From: Hypanus sabinus | Lineage: Eukaryota | Assembly (NCBI RefSeq): GCF_030144855.1 | Contig: NC_082710.1 | Coordinates: 161,882,001 to 161,946,000, forward strand | Length of the DNA stretch: 64,000 nt | Reading direction: 5' to 3' | Part shown: in pieces, positions 1 through 13,269 of the stretch | Layout of the letters: each line of letters starts with the position of its first letter | How positions within the stretch are numbered: position 1 is the first letter of the stretch | Position numbers and translations under genes: made by a program | The notes under the pieces: model-generated | What the model was told of the DNA's origin: nothing | The model's input: the letters and a program-made list of their open reading frames with translations, nothing else | Database searches by the model: none

Positions 1-602
1 CTGGGAGAACAATGTGGTCAGCATGGACTGGTTGGGCTGAAGGGCCTGTACCCGTGCTGTATCTCTATGATTCTACACTGCAACTTTACAAACACTGGAT
101 AGGCCACACTGGGAGTACTGTGTGTAGTTCTGGTCACAACACTACAGGAAGGACGTGGTTGCACTGGAGAGAGTGCAGAGGAGATTCGCCAGGATGTTGC
201 TGGATTGGAGGAGTTGGGTTCTGGGGAGAGATTGCATCGGCTGGGCTTGGTTTCCCTGGAGTGAAGGCAGCTGAGGAGTGACCTTTATAAGCATACAAGG
301 TTGTGAAAGGCATAGATGGGGTAGAGAGTGAAAATAATTTCCCATGGTATGGCAAGGGTATCAAAAACAACTTTTGGGTTTAAACTGAGAGGAAGGAGTT
401 TTGAAGGAGATCTGTGAGATTAGTTTTTGAAGAGAGATTGATTGACACCTGGAATATACTAACCAAGGAGGCATTTAAATAGACAGGGTTTAGAAGGGTG
501 TGGACCTCATGCGGAGAAATGGGATTGGTGTCGATGGGCAAAATGCACAGCATGATGAGATGGGCCAAAGGGCCTGTTTCTGTGCTGTACAAATCCATGA
601 CT
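1..602 (+). mobile_element. CR1 LINE 3-prime fragment
   Basis: Degenerate CR1 ORF2 end and 3-prime tail (GGGCCAAAGGGCCTGTTTCTGTGCTGTA). Confidence 0.75.
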
Positions 603-791
603 CAGCTGTGAATAAATGGTCGGTTAAAATAGCAACAAATAATCTTCAACAATGTATATTATTCATTAGAATTTATAAGGGCTTATTTCATTCATTACAG
701 GCAGAAACAAAGGAACTAATGAGAACAACCGTGCTGAAATACAACAGGTATTTTGTTCATATAAATTCCTGTGTTTTCTTGTGTTTAAATA

Positions 792-2396
792 CATAGCCCA
801 TTTCCAGAAAAGTTGGGATATTTTCCAAAATACAATAAAAACAAAAATCTGTGATATGTTAATTCACGTGAACCTTTATTCAACTTTGTACAAAAGTACA
901 AAGAAAAGATTTTCAATAGTTTTACTGACCAACTTAATTGTATTTTGTAAATAAACACAAATTTAGAATTTGATGGCTGCAACACACTCAACAAAAGTTG
1001 GGACAGAGGCATGTTTACCATTGTGTTACATCACCTTTCCTTTTAATAACACTTTTTAATAATTTTGGAACTGAAGATACTAATTGTAGTAGATTTGCAA
1101 TTGGAAATTTTGTCCATTCTTGCTTGATATAAGACTTCAGCTGCTCAACAGTCCGTGGTCTCCGTTGTCTGATTCTCCTCTTCATGATGCGCCATACATT
1201 TTCAATAGGAGATAGATCCGGACTGGCAGCAGGCCAATCAAGCACACGCACACTGTGTCTACAAAGCCACGCTGTTGTAGCCCGTGCAGAATGTGGTCTG
1301 GCATTGTCCTGCTGAAATAAACATGGACGTCTCGGGAAGAGACGTCACCTTGATGGCAACATATGTCTCTCTAAAATCCTGATATACGCCTCAGAGTCAA
1401 TGGTACCTTCACATACATGGAACTCACCCATGCCGTGGGCACTGATGCACCCCCATACCATCACAGATGCTGGCTTTTGCACCTTTCGCTGATAACAATC
1501 AGGATGGTCGTTTTCATCTTTGGCACGGAGAACTCGACACCCGTTTTTTCCAAAAACTAGCTGAAATGTGGACTCATCTGACCACAGCACACAGATCCAG
1601 CTTTTCGGTCCATCTGAGATCAGCTCGGGCCCAGAGAAATTGCTGGTGTTTCTGCATAGAGTTGATCTATGGCTTCCTCCTTGCGTAATACAGTTTCAAG
1701 TTGTATTTCGGGATGCAGCGATGGACTGTGTTAAGTGACAATGGTTTTCTGAAGTACTCCCGAGCCCAGGCGGCTATAATTGTCACAGTAGTACGACGGT
1801 TTCTTAGGCAGTGCCGCCTGAGGGCTCGAAGATCACGCACGTTCAACAGCGGTTTCCGACCTTGCCCTTTACGCACTGAGATGTCTCTGGATTCTCTGAA
1901 TCTTTTCAAAATATTATGTACAGTAGATATTGAAAGACCTAAATTCTCTGCAATCTTGCATTGGGTAATGTTCCTCTTGAACTGACTAACAGTTCTCTCA
2001 TGAATTTTGGCACAAAGGGGTGAGCCACGACCCATCCTTGCTTGCAAAGACTGAGCCTTTGACGGACGCTACTTTTACACCCAGTCATGATACCTCACCT
2101 GCTACCAATTAGCCTGCTTAATGTGGAGTCTTCCAAACCGGTGTTACTTGAATATTCTGTGCACTTTTCAATCTTATTTTAACTCTGTCCCAACTTTTTT
2201 TGAGTGTGTTGCACCCATCAAATTCAAAATTTGTGTATATTTAAAAAATACAATTAAGTTGGTCAGTAAAACTATTGAAAATCTTTTCTTTGTACTTTTG
2301 TCAGTTGAATAAAGGTTCACGTGAATTAACATATCACTGATTTTTGTTTTTATTGCATTTTGGAAAATATCCCAACTTTTCTGGAAATGGGGTTTG
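792..2396 (-). mobile_element. Full-length Tc1-family DNA transposon (IR/DR type), transposase inactivated
   Basis: About 215-bp terminal inverted repeats (CATAGCCCATTTCCAGAAAAGTTGGG / CCCAACTTTTCTGGAAATGGGGTTTG), TA on both sides; transposase pieces with HTH, ARRKP, WSDES, MVWGCI and SPDLSPIENVW, broken by stops and a frameshift. Confidence 0.95.
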
Positions 2397-5309
2397 TAGT
2401 TTGTAAATTCACTGTTATTTCTCCCTCTCTCAATTCACACATGTATAAACTCACTGGAATCTTCCTGCTGTATTTATAACGCCACTCTCTCTCATTTATT
2501 GACACATGGGTTAGCGGGAATCATTACCTCTGTTACTGTCGATAATAACTGGTTAAATTTAATTTAATGGACAGTATCCCTTAGTGTTTCATGACATTCT
2601 TGTTTGGACACTATTATGGATATTTACCATTTCTCCCAGTCTGTGTCTGGTTCTGCAGAAAGTGGTTGTCTCTGTCTGACCCCTTTGTAACATCAGTTAT
2701 GCCCAATTAGTCACCTCTTCCTCTCCCTCGTCCCACTCCCCTCCCCTGCCCCGTCCCTCCCCCCTCCCCCCACTCTGCCCATCACTCTGTCCCATCTTTA
2801 TCTCAGTGAACTAAGTGAAGATTTGTCATCATGAATAACAAACATATTCTGTCCATTTTAGGATCATGGAGAAGTGCAGGAATTACAAACTCTCAGCACA
2901 GGTCATGAAGCTGAATCATCCGGTCAGTTAGAAGGGACACGGCAGCCTTCAGTTCCAGAGGTGACTGTGAGGGCAGGTTCTGTGTCCCTGCTGTAGACTG
3001 GAGCCTGGAAAATCCTTCCCTCCAACAGTGGGAACATGGTGCTCTGCAGCTGTAACTTGTCTCACCCTGAGTGAGAACAACACTGCACTCATTTCAGCTC
3101 TCAGCTTCCGGTGAGAAATTCAATCCTTGATAATCTGTCAAAATTCTCATTGGCACCGGAATCATTTTAAGGAACCATGAAAGAGGAGTCCAGAGGGGCT
3201 CGGTCCACAAGACCTTATGGGTTTGTCTCTGATTTAGATCTCTGGAAGGTGCAATAACTACATAATATGTGCTTCAGAAGACAGTCCTGACTGCAGTCTG
3301 GGACATCAAACGCAGCTCCCACACACAGCTGAACTGCTTTGTCTGATGACGACAACCACAATCAGGTTTATTGTCACTGTGTTATGAGATGAAATTTGTT
3401 GTTTTGTGACAAGATCACTGCCTCTCAGATTCCTCGCCTCGGGATCATTCATTGCTGATCTCTACCACATCTCACACTTTACTCCTTGCTGCTGCCTGGC
3501 TGGAGCCCTGGAGGGTCACCAAGGCCCCTTGTACAACAAGCACCTCTTGTGGTTAATGTTCCCCACCAGAATGACAAGGTCTCTCTGAGTCACTCTCCTT
3601 TCCCATCATTTCCAATCTGTTTGTGAAGCAGCAGCACTTCCTATTGCTTGTATTTGTTTGTGCCATCGAGGCTGACTTCCCCTGTCGTAGCAGAGAGGTG
3701 AAGTGCTGGCAGCTGAGAGAGATCAAACTGAACAGCCCGATGTCACCATTTTCACTCTCGGCCATGGCATTGCTCTTCCATCACGTCGGTGTTACAGGAG
3801 TTACCCTTTATACCCTCGCAGGAGTCAGTTGGAACTGGAGTTCCTCTGTTCACCTGTTTACTGGAATCTGTGCAATGAAATCACCCGGCTACAGTTTCAG
3901 GACAATAATCCCCATTCATACACGCATCGTTAACCCTGAGTATAATAATGAGGCCGGCATCATCCAACTCGGAGTGACACATCAGTGATGAGCATTTTCT
4001 TCACCAATCTACAAACATCCAACTATTACTCCTGGGCCACCCTGACAGAGTCACACAGCACAGAAACAGGCCCTTTGGCCCACCAAGTCCATGCTGACCT
4101 TGTTGCCCATCTACACTGATCCCATTTGCAATCATTGTGGGATCCACATCAAATTTGTCAGTTTCCTGCCCAGATTGTCTGCTGTTAGTTAAACTGAGGA
4201 CAGTGTGTAGACTCCACCCCACCTTTGTGTTGTTGTATCAGACTAAACCAGTGAATCCAAGCCCAGAAATCCTTTCCATTTTGTACAAGTATTAAAACTG
4301 CTCTGGCTGTTACACTAATGCTGTCATCAGAAATCCCATAAAGATTGTGATTTTCCCCAGTACCAATACCAGATACAGCATTTCCTCACAAAGTCCCTCC
4401 CATTTCTGTACAGTGAGCAGTGAAACTGCAGTAAAACTCTGAGTTTGAATGTTGCATTGGAGGGTGATTTTGGGATATTTTAATCCTATACTGTATGTAC
4501 ATGTGTACATTTGTGTTTTAAACATGTTGCCTGATGCCTCTTCATGATCATTGTTGATTAAATAAACCACTTCTGTTTTGCTGTTGGTGATAATTCTTTA
4601 ATGGGATCAGCCTAATTATGGGATAATTTACAATGTCCAATTAACCTCCACCCTTTGGACTGTGGGAGGACAGTGGAGCATCCGAGGAAACCCACACAGT
4701 CACAGGGAGTGTGTACAAACTCCTTACAGACAGTGGTGGGAATTGAACCCGGGTTGCTGGTACCATAAAGCGTTGTGCTAACCAATACGCTACCATGCTA
4801 CAGAAAATGCTAGAAAGACTCAGATGTTCAGGCAGCATCTTTGGAAAGAGAAACAGAATGAATGTTTCATGTTGAGGACGTCAGAACTGGGAAAGATTGA
4901 AAACAGGTTGGTTTTAAATTACACGGAGGATGGAGGGGGTCGGTAAAACAAAGGGTCAGAGATCTCGTGGGGTACGTTGTAGATGAGGTCACTGGGTCTG
5001 TAATGAATGAAGTTATTAGGGAGCTGGAACATGAACAAAGGAACATAAAACTCTACAGTGAGGGAGAGGATGCTGTTAACTTCTCCATGCATCTCATTGA
5101 ACATTTATAATGACCCACAAGTTACAAACAGGGCATCCTCTTAGTGTTGAAGGTGCTGTATAAGTGCAGTCCATTTCGTTGGACCTGAGGAGCGTTGAAG
5201 GCTAAGTCTCTGGGAAATTCACACCTCTTCCTTTGTTCATAGAGGGTCGTCAGATCTTTGCCAGTCCCACGTGTGAGGGAGAGGCAAGCGGCTCATTAGT
5301 ACAACATCC

Positions 5310-5530
5310 TTCTCCGAGGATCGTCACCTTGTCACGGAGAGGCTGCTGATGGAGATCCCAGGAGCAATGCCATCTGGAATTTATCTCCTGGTATGGTCAC
5401 CACAGTGATGATGACAAGGGAAAGGTTCCAGACAAAGAACGATCCAACTAAGACCTCAATGGTGGAGCTGGCAGAAGATCAAACTCCACAAAGACAGTGA
5501 AAGCTGCAGCAGTGAAGGGTCCCAGTCACT
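5310..5530 (+). mobile_element. RTE (Expander/Rex3-like) 5-prime UTR fragment
   Basis: GTCACCTTGTCACGGAGAGGCT...GGTCACC...CCAGACAAAGAACGATCC; homologous to 62590-62810. Confidence 0.5.
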
Positions 5531-5564
5531 GGGCCCTGACCCTGATCTGTCAATGAACCTGTGG

Positions 5565-8555
5565 GAGCTGCCCGTGCATCTGAACCCAAAGGGGTCCAAT
5601 ATCCAGCAGGCAGGTTTAATAGAGCTGTTAGGGAGGGTTTAAACTAATCTGGCAGGGGATGGGAACCGGACTGAGAGGGCTGAGGAAGGGGAAAACAGAA
5701 ATAAGTCAAAGATAGTGTGCAACAGAGATAATAGAAAATACAGGCAGGAGATGAGGCACAATCACAGCCAGTGGAATGAGTTACAGGGCAATAGAGGCGT
5801 GGTGCAGTTAAAACAGAAAGCAACAAATACTGGACTGAAAGTGTTGTATTTGAATGCAGGCAGCGTAAGAAATAAAATGGACGATCTTGAAATTCAGCTA
5901 CAGTTTGGCAAGTATGATGTTGTGGCCCTCTCTGAAACCTGACTGAAGGATGGCTGCCATTGGCAGTTGAATGTCCAAGGATATACAGTGCATCAGGAAG
6001 ATAGGCTGTAGGCAGAGGGGGTGTTGTGGCCCTGTATATAAATAATATTAAATCATTAGAAAGAGATGACAGGATCGGCTGGTGTAGAGTCTCTATGGGT
6101 TGTGATAAGTAATGGCAAGTGTAAAAGGACACTAATGGCAGTTTCATACAGGCCTCTGAACAGCAGCTGGGATGTGGATTACAATTTAGAGCAGGAGATA
6201 GAAAAGGCGTGTCAGAATGGCAATATCATGATTATCATTGGGGATTTTAACCTGAAATTGGATTGGGAAAACCAGGCTGGTACTGGACCTTAGCAGAGAG
6301 AATTTGTAGAATGTCTTACGGATAGCTTTTTAGAACAGCTTGTTTTTGGGCCATTAGGGGATCAGCTGCGCTGGATTGGGTGTTGTGCAGTGATCGGGAG
6401 CTGAAAAAGGAGCTTAAGGTTAAGGAAACCTTAAGGGTCAGTGATCACAATACGACCAAGTTCACTTTGAAATGTGAGGAGAAACTAAATTCCAATGTGT
6501 CGGTACTTCAGTGGAATAAAGGAAATTACAATGGCATGAGAAAGGAAGTGGCCAAAGTTGACTGGAAAGGGGCACAAGCAAGAAGGACAGCAGAGCAGGA
6601 ATAGCTGGAGTTTCTGTGAAAAATGAGGGAAGTGCAAGAAAGATATATTCCAAATAAAAGAATTTTTTGAATGGAAGAAGGACACTACCATGGCTGACAA
6701 GTGAAGTCAGAGCCAAATTAAAGGCAAAAGAGAGGGCATACAAGGAAGCCAAAGCTAGTGGGAAGATAGAGGATTGGGAAGCTTTTAACAACTTGCAGAA
6801 GGAAACTAAGAAGATTATTAGGAATAAAAACATGAATTATGAAAGGAAGCTGGCAACTAATATACTAAAAGCTTTATTAAGCATATGAAGGGTAAAAAAG
6901 AGTTTAGGGTAGATATAGGACCAATAGAAAATGACACTGGAGATATTGTAATGAGAGATGCAGAGATGGCAGAGGAACTGAGCGTGTATTTTGCATCAGT
7001 CTTCACAGTGGAAGACACCTGATGTATATCAGACATTCAAGACTGTCAGGGAAGTGAAGTATGTGCAGTGAAAATTATGACTGAGAAGGTACTCAGGAAG
7101 CTTAATGGTCTGAGTGTGGATAAATCTCCTAGACGTGATGGAATGCACCCTTGGGTTCTGAAGGAATTAGCTAGGGAGACTGTGGAGGCAGTGACAATGA
7201 TTTTTCCAGAATCAATAGATTCTGGCGTTGTCCTGGATGACTGGAAAATTGCAAAAGTTACTCCGCTATTTAAGCAGGATGGGAGGCAGCAGAAAAGAAA
7301 CTGTAGAGCTGTTAGCCTGACATCAGTGGTTGGGAAGTTGTTGGAATGGATTGTTAGGTTTGAGATAATGGAATACATGGAGGCATATGACATGATAGCC
7401 CAAAGCCAGCACGGCTTCCTGAAAGGAAAATCCTGCCTGACTAACCTACTGCAATTTTTTGAGGAAATTACAAGCAGGGTAGGCAAAGGAGATGCAGTAA
7501 ATGTAGTATACTTGGATTTTTAGAATGCCCTTGACAAGGTGCTACACATGAGGTTGCTTAGTAAGATACGAGCCCATGGAATTACAGGGGATTTACTAGC
7601 ATGGGTGGAGCATTGGCTGATCGGTAGAAAACAGAGAGTGGGAATAAAGGGATCCTATTCTGGCTGGCTGCCAGTTACAGTGGAGTTCCACAGGGATCAG
7701 TGTTGGGACCACTGCTTTTTTCGATGTATGAAGAAACAAAGAGCCTGCAGAGAGACTTTGATAGTTCAGGGGAATAGGCAAAGAAGTGGCAAATGAAATA
7801 CAATGTTGAAAACTGTATGCTCATGCACTTTGGTGGAAGAAAGAAACAGGCAGAATATTATTTAGATGGGGAGAGAATTAAAAATGCAGAGATGCAAAGT
7901 GACTTGGGAATCCTTGTGCACGATACTTTAAAAGTTAATCTCCAGGTTGAATCAGTGGTGAAGAAGGCATATGTAATGCTGGCATTCATTTCTACAGGTA
8001 TAGAATACTGTATAAGAGCAGGGATGTGATGTCGAGGCTCCATAATGCACTCATGAGATCACACTTGGTGTTGTGTGCAGTTTTGGCGTCCTTATTTTAG
8101 AAAGCATATACCGACATTGGAGAGGGTTCAGGGAAGATTCACGAGTCTGGAATCTCTTGGGCTGTATTCCCTGGAGTTCAGGAGAATGAGGGGGATCTCA
8201 TCGAGACATTCTGAATGTTAAAAGGCATTGACAGATTAGATATGGCAAAGTTATTTCCCCTTGGTAAGGGAGTCTAGGACAAGTGGGCACAACCTCAGGA
8301 TTGAGTGACGTCTATTTAGAACAGAGATGTGGAGAAATCTGTGAAATTTGTTGCCAAGTGGCTGTGGAGGCTAAGTCATTGGGTGCATTTAAGACAGAGA
8401 TAGATAGGTTCTTGATTAGCCAGGGCATCAAAGGGTAGGTAGAGAAGTTAAGGGAGTAGGGATGACAAAGAATTGGATCAGCCCTTGATTGAATGGCAGA
8501 CCAGACTCAATGGGCCGAATGGCCTACTTCTGCTCCTATATCTTATGGTCTTATG
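5565..8555 (+). mobile_element. Degraded CR1 LINE (end of ORF1, APE endonuclease, RT, 3-prime tail)
   Basis: LKVLYLNAGSVRNK, IIIGDFN, QSQHGFLKGKSCLTNLL, VVYLDF; many stops and frameshifts; tail GGCCTACTTCTGCTCCTATATCTTATGG. Confidence 0.92.
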
Positions 8556-8789
8556 TTCTTCTGCATCAGCCTCCCCATGTTAAACAAACAAACACATAGG
8601 CGTTTTATTTTGATGGTTCTGGGCCTGTCCTCACTGGGGTTTGGAAGAACGAGGAGAGATCTCATTGTGTAATGTTGAAAGGCGTGGATAGTGTGGATGA
8701 GGAAAGAATGTTTCCTGCAGCGGGGGAGTCTACACAGCCTCAGAATACAAGGACCTCCTTTTAGAACAGAGATGAGGAGGAATTTCTTT

Positions 8790-10250
8790 CGCGTGGATCT
8801 GAGATGTTGACCCTCCGTCGGTCTTCAATCGGGAGTCTTCAGTGCGCTCGTCCCGAGGAAGTTAGAGTTGACAGATCCCCGTTGACAATGTCTGCTCCGA
8901 GATGTGGGAGCTCACAGCCACGGGTCATTTCCACTGTTCCGCCGAGACTGCGGTGCGGGGCCCGCAGATTGCGGAAAGTGGACATCCCCCTGATGCCGGT
9001 TTTGTCCCGACACTCCCCAGAGGTTAAAATAATAACTATCAAAGGGTTAATGTTGGGTTGTTGAGGCCGGAACCCCACCCGCTCCCGGGACCCGAGACTG
9101 GGTGAGTATCACTGCGGAGTTGTGAAACTCACTGACAGTGGCCGAACATTCGCCCCGTGAACTCAACGTCCCTCAACAGTTTAACACAGCCCGCAGCACC
9201 ATGCGGTTTACAGAGGCTCCTGGAGTGTGCGGTCTCGCTATTTTCGCTTACCTCTCCGCTGTTACTGGTGAGAGTCCCCACGGTTAACCATCGCGATTCT
9301 GCCTTGTAGCGTTTATTTGGGATGTAGGCGTGTCTGAGGAATTATCTGGCATAATCGGCCAGTTCAGTGAACCAGATCTGTAACTCCCGCGTGTTCAGCT
9401 CTTGGGTTCTGTTTGGAAATTGGGTTTGTGTCAATAACATAACGACAGGAAAGTTTTCCAAATAGGCTCCATGGGCCGATCGGCCTCCTGCGCTGTCTGA
9501 TTCGAATCGGAATCGCTGTTGGCTGAATCAGAACTGTCCGGGTAATCCTGGGGCAGGAATGCAGCCGGTTCTCCCCGGGATGGACCCGCACCTGTTCCAC
9601 AACCTCCCGACCCCGGCGCTGTCCACCAGTCAGTGTATAACGGTGACGGGAAGGTACAGAATTATCGCGCCGCTGGTCCTTCCCCGGGGACCGGTGGATC
9701 GTAACACTGGATGTCCCGGACTGGGACTGTTGTTGGGGAACGGCTGAGACTCAATGGTCCGGAGAACAGAAAGATCCCACATTAAACCCAGCGAGTCCGA
9801 GATCATTACAGCGCGGTGGTGAGATGTGTGAAACACCGACAAGATTTATTTCAGTTAGTTACACTCTGCAGCCCAAACAATACTGTACTTGCGTTTATTG
9901 TTTAAATGTCGCCACTTTATATTACAACAATCCCCATCTCCACCTTGAGTCACTCTAACACTGAGGGTGCATCAGGACAGAGTGAATGGAACCGCCGGCC
10001 AGTCCGTGCTCCTGCCCGTCTCTTACACAGTCCCGGACCCACACGGGTATCTGCGGATCACATGGACCAGAGGCGGGAACGCTAGTGTATGTGTGGAATA
10101 TACCTGCTTCTCGGGGCAAGAATGTCACCTCAATGACGGTAGATCGCTCATCACTGTCTCTGAACCGTATAAACACCGGGCGCTGCTTTTCCCGGAGAAC
10201 GCTTCACTGTTACTGAGAGACCTGCAGATCAACGACAGTGGGATTTATGA
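8790..10250 (+). promoter_or_regulatory. CpG-rich promoter/5-prime region of gene A, with a possible 5-prime UTR intron 9102-9179
   Basis: Visibly CpG-rich against a CpG-depleted background; GAGGAAGT ETS-like core near 8855; CTGG|GTGAGT donor and CCCTCAACAG acceptor upstream of the ATG. Confidence 0.55.
9201..9267 (+). CDS. Gene A exon 1: signal peptide (MRFTEAPGVCGLAIFAYLSAVT), phase-1 donor
   Basis: ATG in GCACCATG context, hydrophobic leader, CTG|GTGAGA donor after 22 codons + 1 nt, typical of IgSF leader exons. Confidence 0.85.
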
Positions 10251-10315
10251 ATGATCCACTATGGTACTCTATGGGAACTACAAAGGGAAGCTTGGTGACG
10301 GAACAACTTCCCAGG
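9950..10315 (+). pseudogene. Gene A V-set Ig exon V1, inactivated (in-frame TGA at 10252-10254)
   Basis: VHQDRVNGTAGQSVLLPVSY...RITW...PENASLLLRDLQINDSGIYE*; paralogous to V2; acceptor is TTGAG where V2 has TTTAG; phase-1 donor CAGG|GTAAGA. Confidence 0.85.
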
Positions 10316-10320
10316 GTAAG

Positions 10321-10700
10321 ATCTTTCGTTCGTTATGTGCCATGCTGTATGGTGTGGGCGATCACGGTCTTTCCATGACCATGATTGTTCTTTGGCAATT
10401 TTTTCAACAGAAGGGGTTTGCCATTGCCACCTTCTGGGCAGTGTCTTTACAAGAGGGTGACCCCAGCCATTATCAGTACTCTTCAGAGATTGTCTGCCTG
10501 GCGTCAGTGGTCGCGTAACCAGGGCTTGTGATATGCACCGTCTGCTCGTACGGCCACCCACCACCTGCTCCCGTGGCTCCACATGTCCCTGATCCGGGGT
10601 GAAGCAGGTGCTACACTTTGCCCGAGGGTGACATGCAGGCGAGCGGGGGTAAGGAGCACCTTACACCTCCTCTAGTAGAGACGTATCTCCACCCCACCAC
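10321..10700 (-). mobile_element. Non-autonomous retroelement with BovB/Sauria-SINE-like RTE tail; further copies at about 22870-23268 (+) and 60995-61195 (+)
   Basis: Three mutually similar copies sharing a GCAATGGCAAACCAC-type motif and ending in short microsatellite tails (ACGA or ATG repeats). Confidence 0.6.
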
Positions 10701-11744
10701 TCTCAGGTTTTTAAAACTCAGGGTAACACCCCTCCTATTGCATCAACATTTCTATCAAAATCAGCAATTTTGAGCTGAAACTTCAGAACAGTTTAATGAC
10801 CCTGACTGAGCTCTTCTCCTTGTGCACAAGTAAATAAAGTGTGATTGACAATCGAGTGCAAGTTGCAAAAAATAACTGCGGATGTCTGAATGAATTTGAC
10901 ATGAGATGTGTAATTATACAATCATTCATTATTTTTTACTCCTCACTGTGAATATTACATGCTATTTGTAAACAATGAGATATTTTATCATTGTGTTTAT
11001 TTCCAGTTTCACTGTTTATCTTTTTGCCAAAACAAATGTAATGCTTCACGTCAATCCAATCAAAACATTGCACGTTTGTAGCAAGATCACCCTAAAAGTA
11101 TTCCATCCTTCTTTCTTATGAAAAGGTAGCAATAATTTTGCTTTTCTAATTGTGGTATTTGAAAATTCACCTTGTGTTTTATTTCTGAGGGGGCCTGATC
11201 TCCCTAATCCTGAATATTCATTAGCCTGACTCCATTTTAAAGTCCAGTGTGACTATTCAATGGTTCAATGGTTGAAAGGTTCCATTTAATACCTGAGAAT
11301 GTGTAACAATGTATGTACAACCTGAAATTCTTACTCTCCACAGACATCCTCGAAACAGAAGAAAAATCCCAAAGAATGAATGACAGAAATAACATAAGAA
11401 CCCCAAAACCCCCACCCCTCCCGTGCACAAGAAGCAGCATCAGCCCTCCCCCTTCCCTCACTTATTCTAGAAAAGCATCAGCATTCCCACCACCCAGCAT
11501 GCAAGCAACAGGAAAGCCCCAGAGAGAGACCATGGTCTACAGTCCATCAGAAATTACTATTCATCCCAAAAGTTTCACATCCCTCAGGCTAGCTCCCTCT
11601 CACTAACAAGGAGAGAGAGATATCACTCCTTCCACAGTGACACAGGAGACAAACAATCACTGTTTTCATCTTACACTCTGTCTGTCGTGCTGCTTTTATT
11701 TTGACTTCCCCCAACTCGAGAATCATCAGCAAACTCTCACTCAC

Positions 11745-11985
11745 CATCCAGAGAGAGAGCATGATCACTCGAGTGCAGGAGCCTCCGACAGCCATACGCG
11801 CTGTCTTGATGTTCTGGCTCCCTGCGACATTTCAGTTCACAACACCAGGGAGGAATAGGGTCACCATCCAGAGAGAGAGCACGATCACTCAAGTGCAGGA
11901 GCCTCCAACAGCCGTACTCACTGTCTTGATGTTCTGGCTCCCTGCGATATTTCAGTTCACAACACCAGGGAGGAATAGGGTCCAC
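11745..11985. repeat. Two tandem copies of a unit of about 120 bp inside a Rex1/L2-type repeat
   Basis: CACCATCCAGAGAGAGAGC...ACAACACCAGGGAGGAATAGGGT occurs twice in tandem. Confidence 0.85.
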
Positions 11986-12562
11986 AGGGCCATGCTAGGC
12001 TGCACCCCAAACATGCCCATCTTCAGGCTGCACATGGAGATACTGAAAACATGAACAATCGGCGAGCTCCAAAACCAGGAACCATTTTGGTGCAGCTGTA
12101 GGTCACGAACTGTGACAGGACCCCTGCCCTTTGAAAAGGAAAACAGAGACATTAGACATAAGCTGTTTCACTGATGGACTGGGAGAGGTTGCCTCACACT
12201 ATTGTTGAGCGTTCATCAACTGAACAAGATTCGGGAACTCACTACACAACTTGTAATTAATCGAAGCTTGTGGTTTATTGTCTCTCACAAAGAAGCAATG
12301 TAACTATATTGACCCCAGGCTAAAACATGAATTCTACTGTGTCCTCTGCACCAATTCTCACTCAGAAAACCTTTCCAATTTTATAACACCGAAATAAGGG
12401 ATCTCCGTTGGCCATATGTTCGATCCTTCCTTCTCCCAGGCCTGGTATGGAGATTCTTCCTCATGATGGTTATTCTCTGGAGTTATTGCCAATAGCGCAG
12501 TTGAAGTGTCCATTTTCGTATTCATTCCTTATCAATTCAAATGCAGCATTCCAGTGTCATTG

Positions 12563-13269
12563 GGCTATGTCCATACTAGACCGGATAAATACATAACCGA
12601 AGCTTTTTCTCTTCATTTTGACCCTCCATCCACATTGAAATGATGTTTTCCTCCCCAGAAAATGGAGCTTTCCTAAAACGCTCTCCACAGTGTGTAAATC
12701 TGAAAACGCTGGTTAGGCGGTGTAGTGTGTATGGGGTAACCAATGGATAACCATTAAAAAAACTGTCATGACATGCCAGAACAGATGGGGGCGGCAGCGC
12801 GGCATTTCATTGTTTTCTGGAATGCAACCTCCAACACCACAGCAACAATGGGGGATGGCTTCACATTGTCCACTGCTTTGCTAACTTTGTAGTTGTTTGC
12901 AACTCACAGAAGGAGCTCAACTTCATCGTTTCTCCAAACGAAGAAGTCCAGTCTGCTTTTTCCAGTGGAGGTTTTCTTTGTATTCCTCAAAGACGTTGTT
13001 GAAAACTTTCTTTCGCTGTGGTTGTAGGTACTCTAGTTTCTGACCAATGGAAATAGCACAATGCCGCCACAGAAACGGAAATAGTATACCGTTTCCTCTT
13101 TGTTTGTTTTATGTAGATGAGTCCTGTGCATGCCCAATAGGAGCAGAATCACCCAAATACCCATTTTAATGTGGACAGAGGTATTTTCAAAAATGCCTGG
13201 TGTGGACACCTATCATTTTTACATGAAACCAGCCTTTTCAAAATTATCTGGTCTAGTGTGGACATAGCC
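12563..13269. mobile_element. PIF/Harbinger-type MITE
   Basis: TIR GGCTATGTCCATACTAGACCGGATAA / TTATCTGGTCTAGTGTGGACATAGCC; flanks TTG and TCA fit a decayed TTA-type 3-bp TSD; no ORF. Confidence 0.75.

Noticed and set aside
4730-4800. tRNA-like sequences here and at 63373-63450
   Set aside because: They are tRNA-derived SINE heads continuing into the SINE core, not tRNA genes.
10252-10254. TGA at the canonical YxC position of V1 as selenocysteine or readthrough
   Set aside because: The paralog has TTA (Leu), one substitution away. There is no B-strand Cys partner, no SECIS was recognised, and other lesions indicate a dead exon.
11701-12054. 117-aa ORF with an internal repeat as a mucin or stalk exon of gene A
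   Set aside because: It arises from a tandem duplication of about 120 bp inside a dispersed repeat, and has no convincing splice sites.
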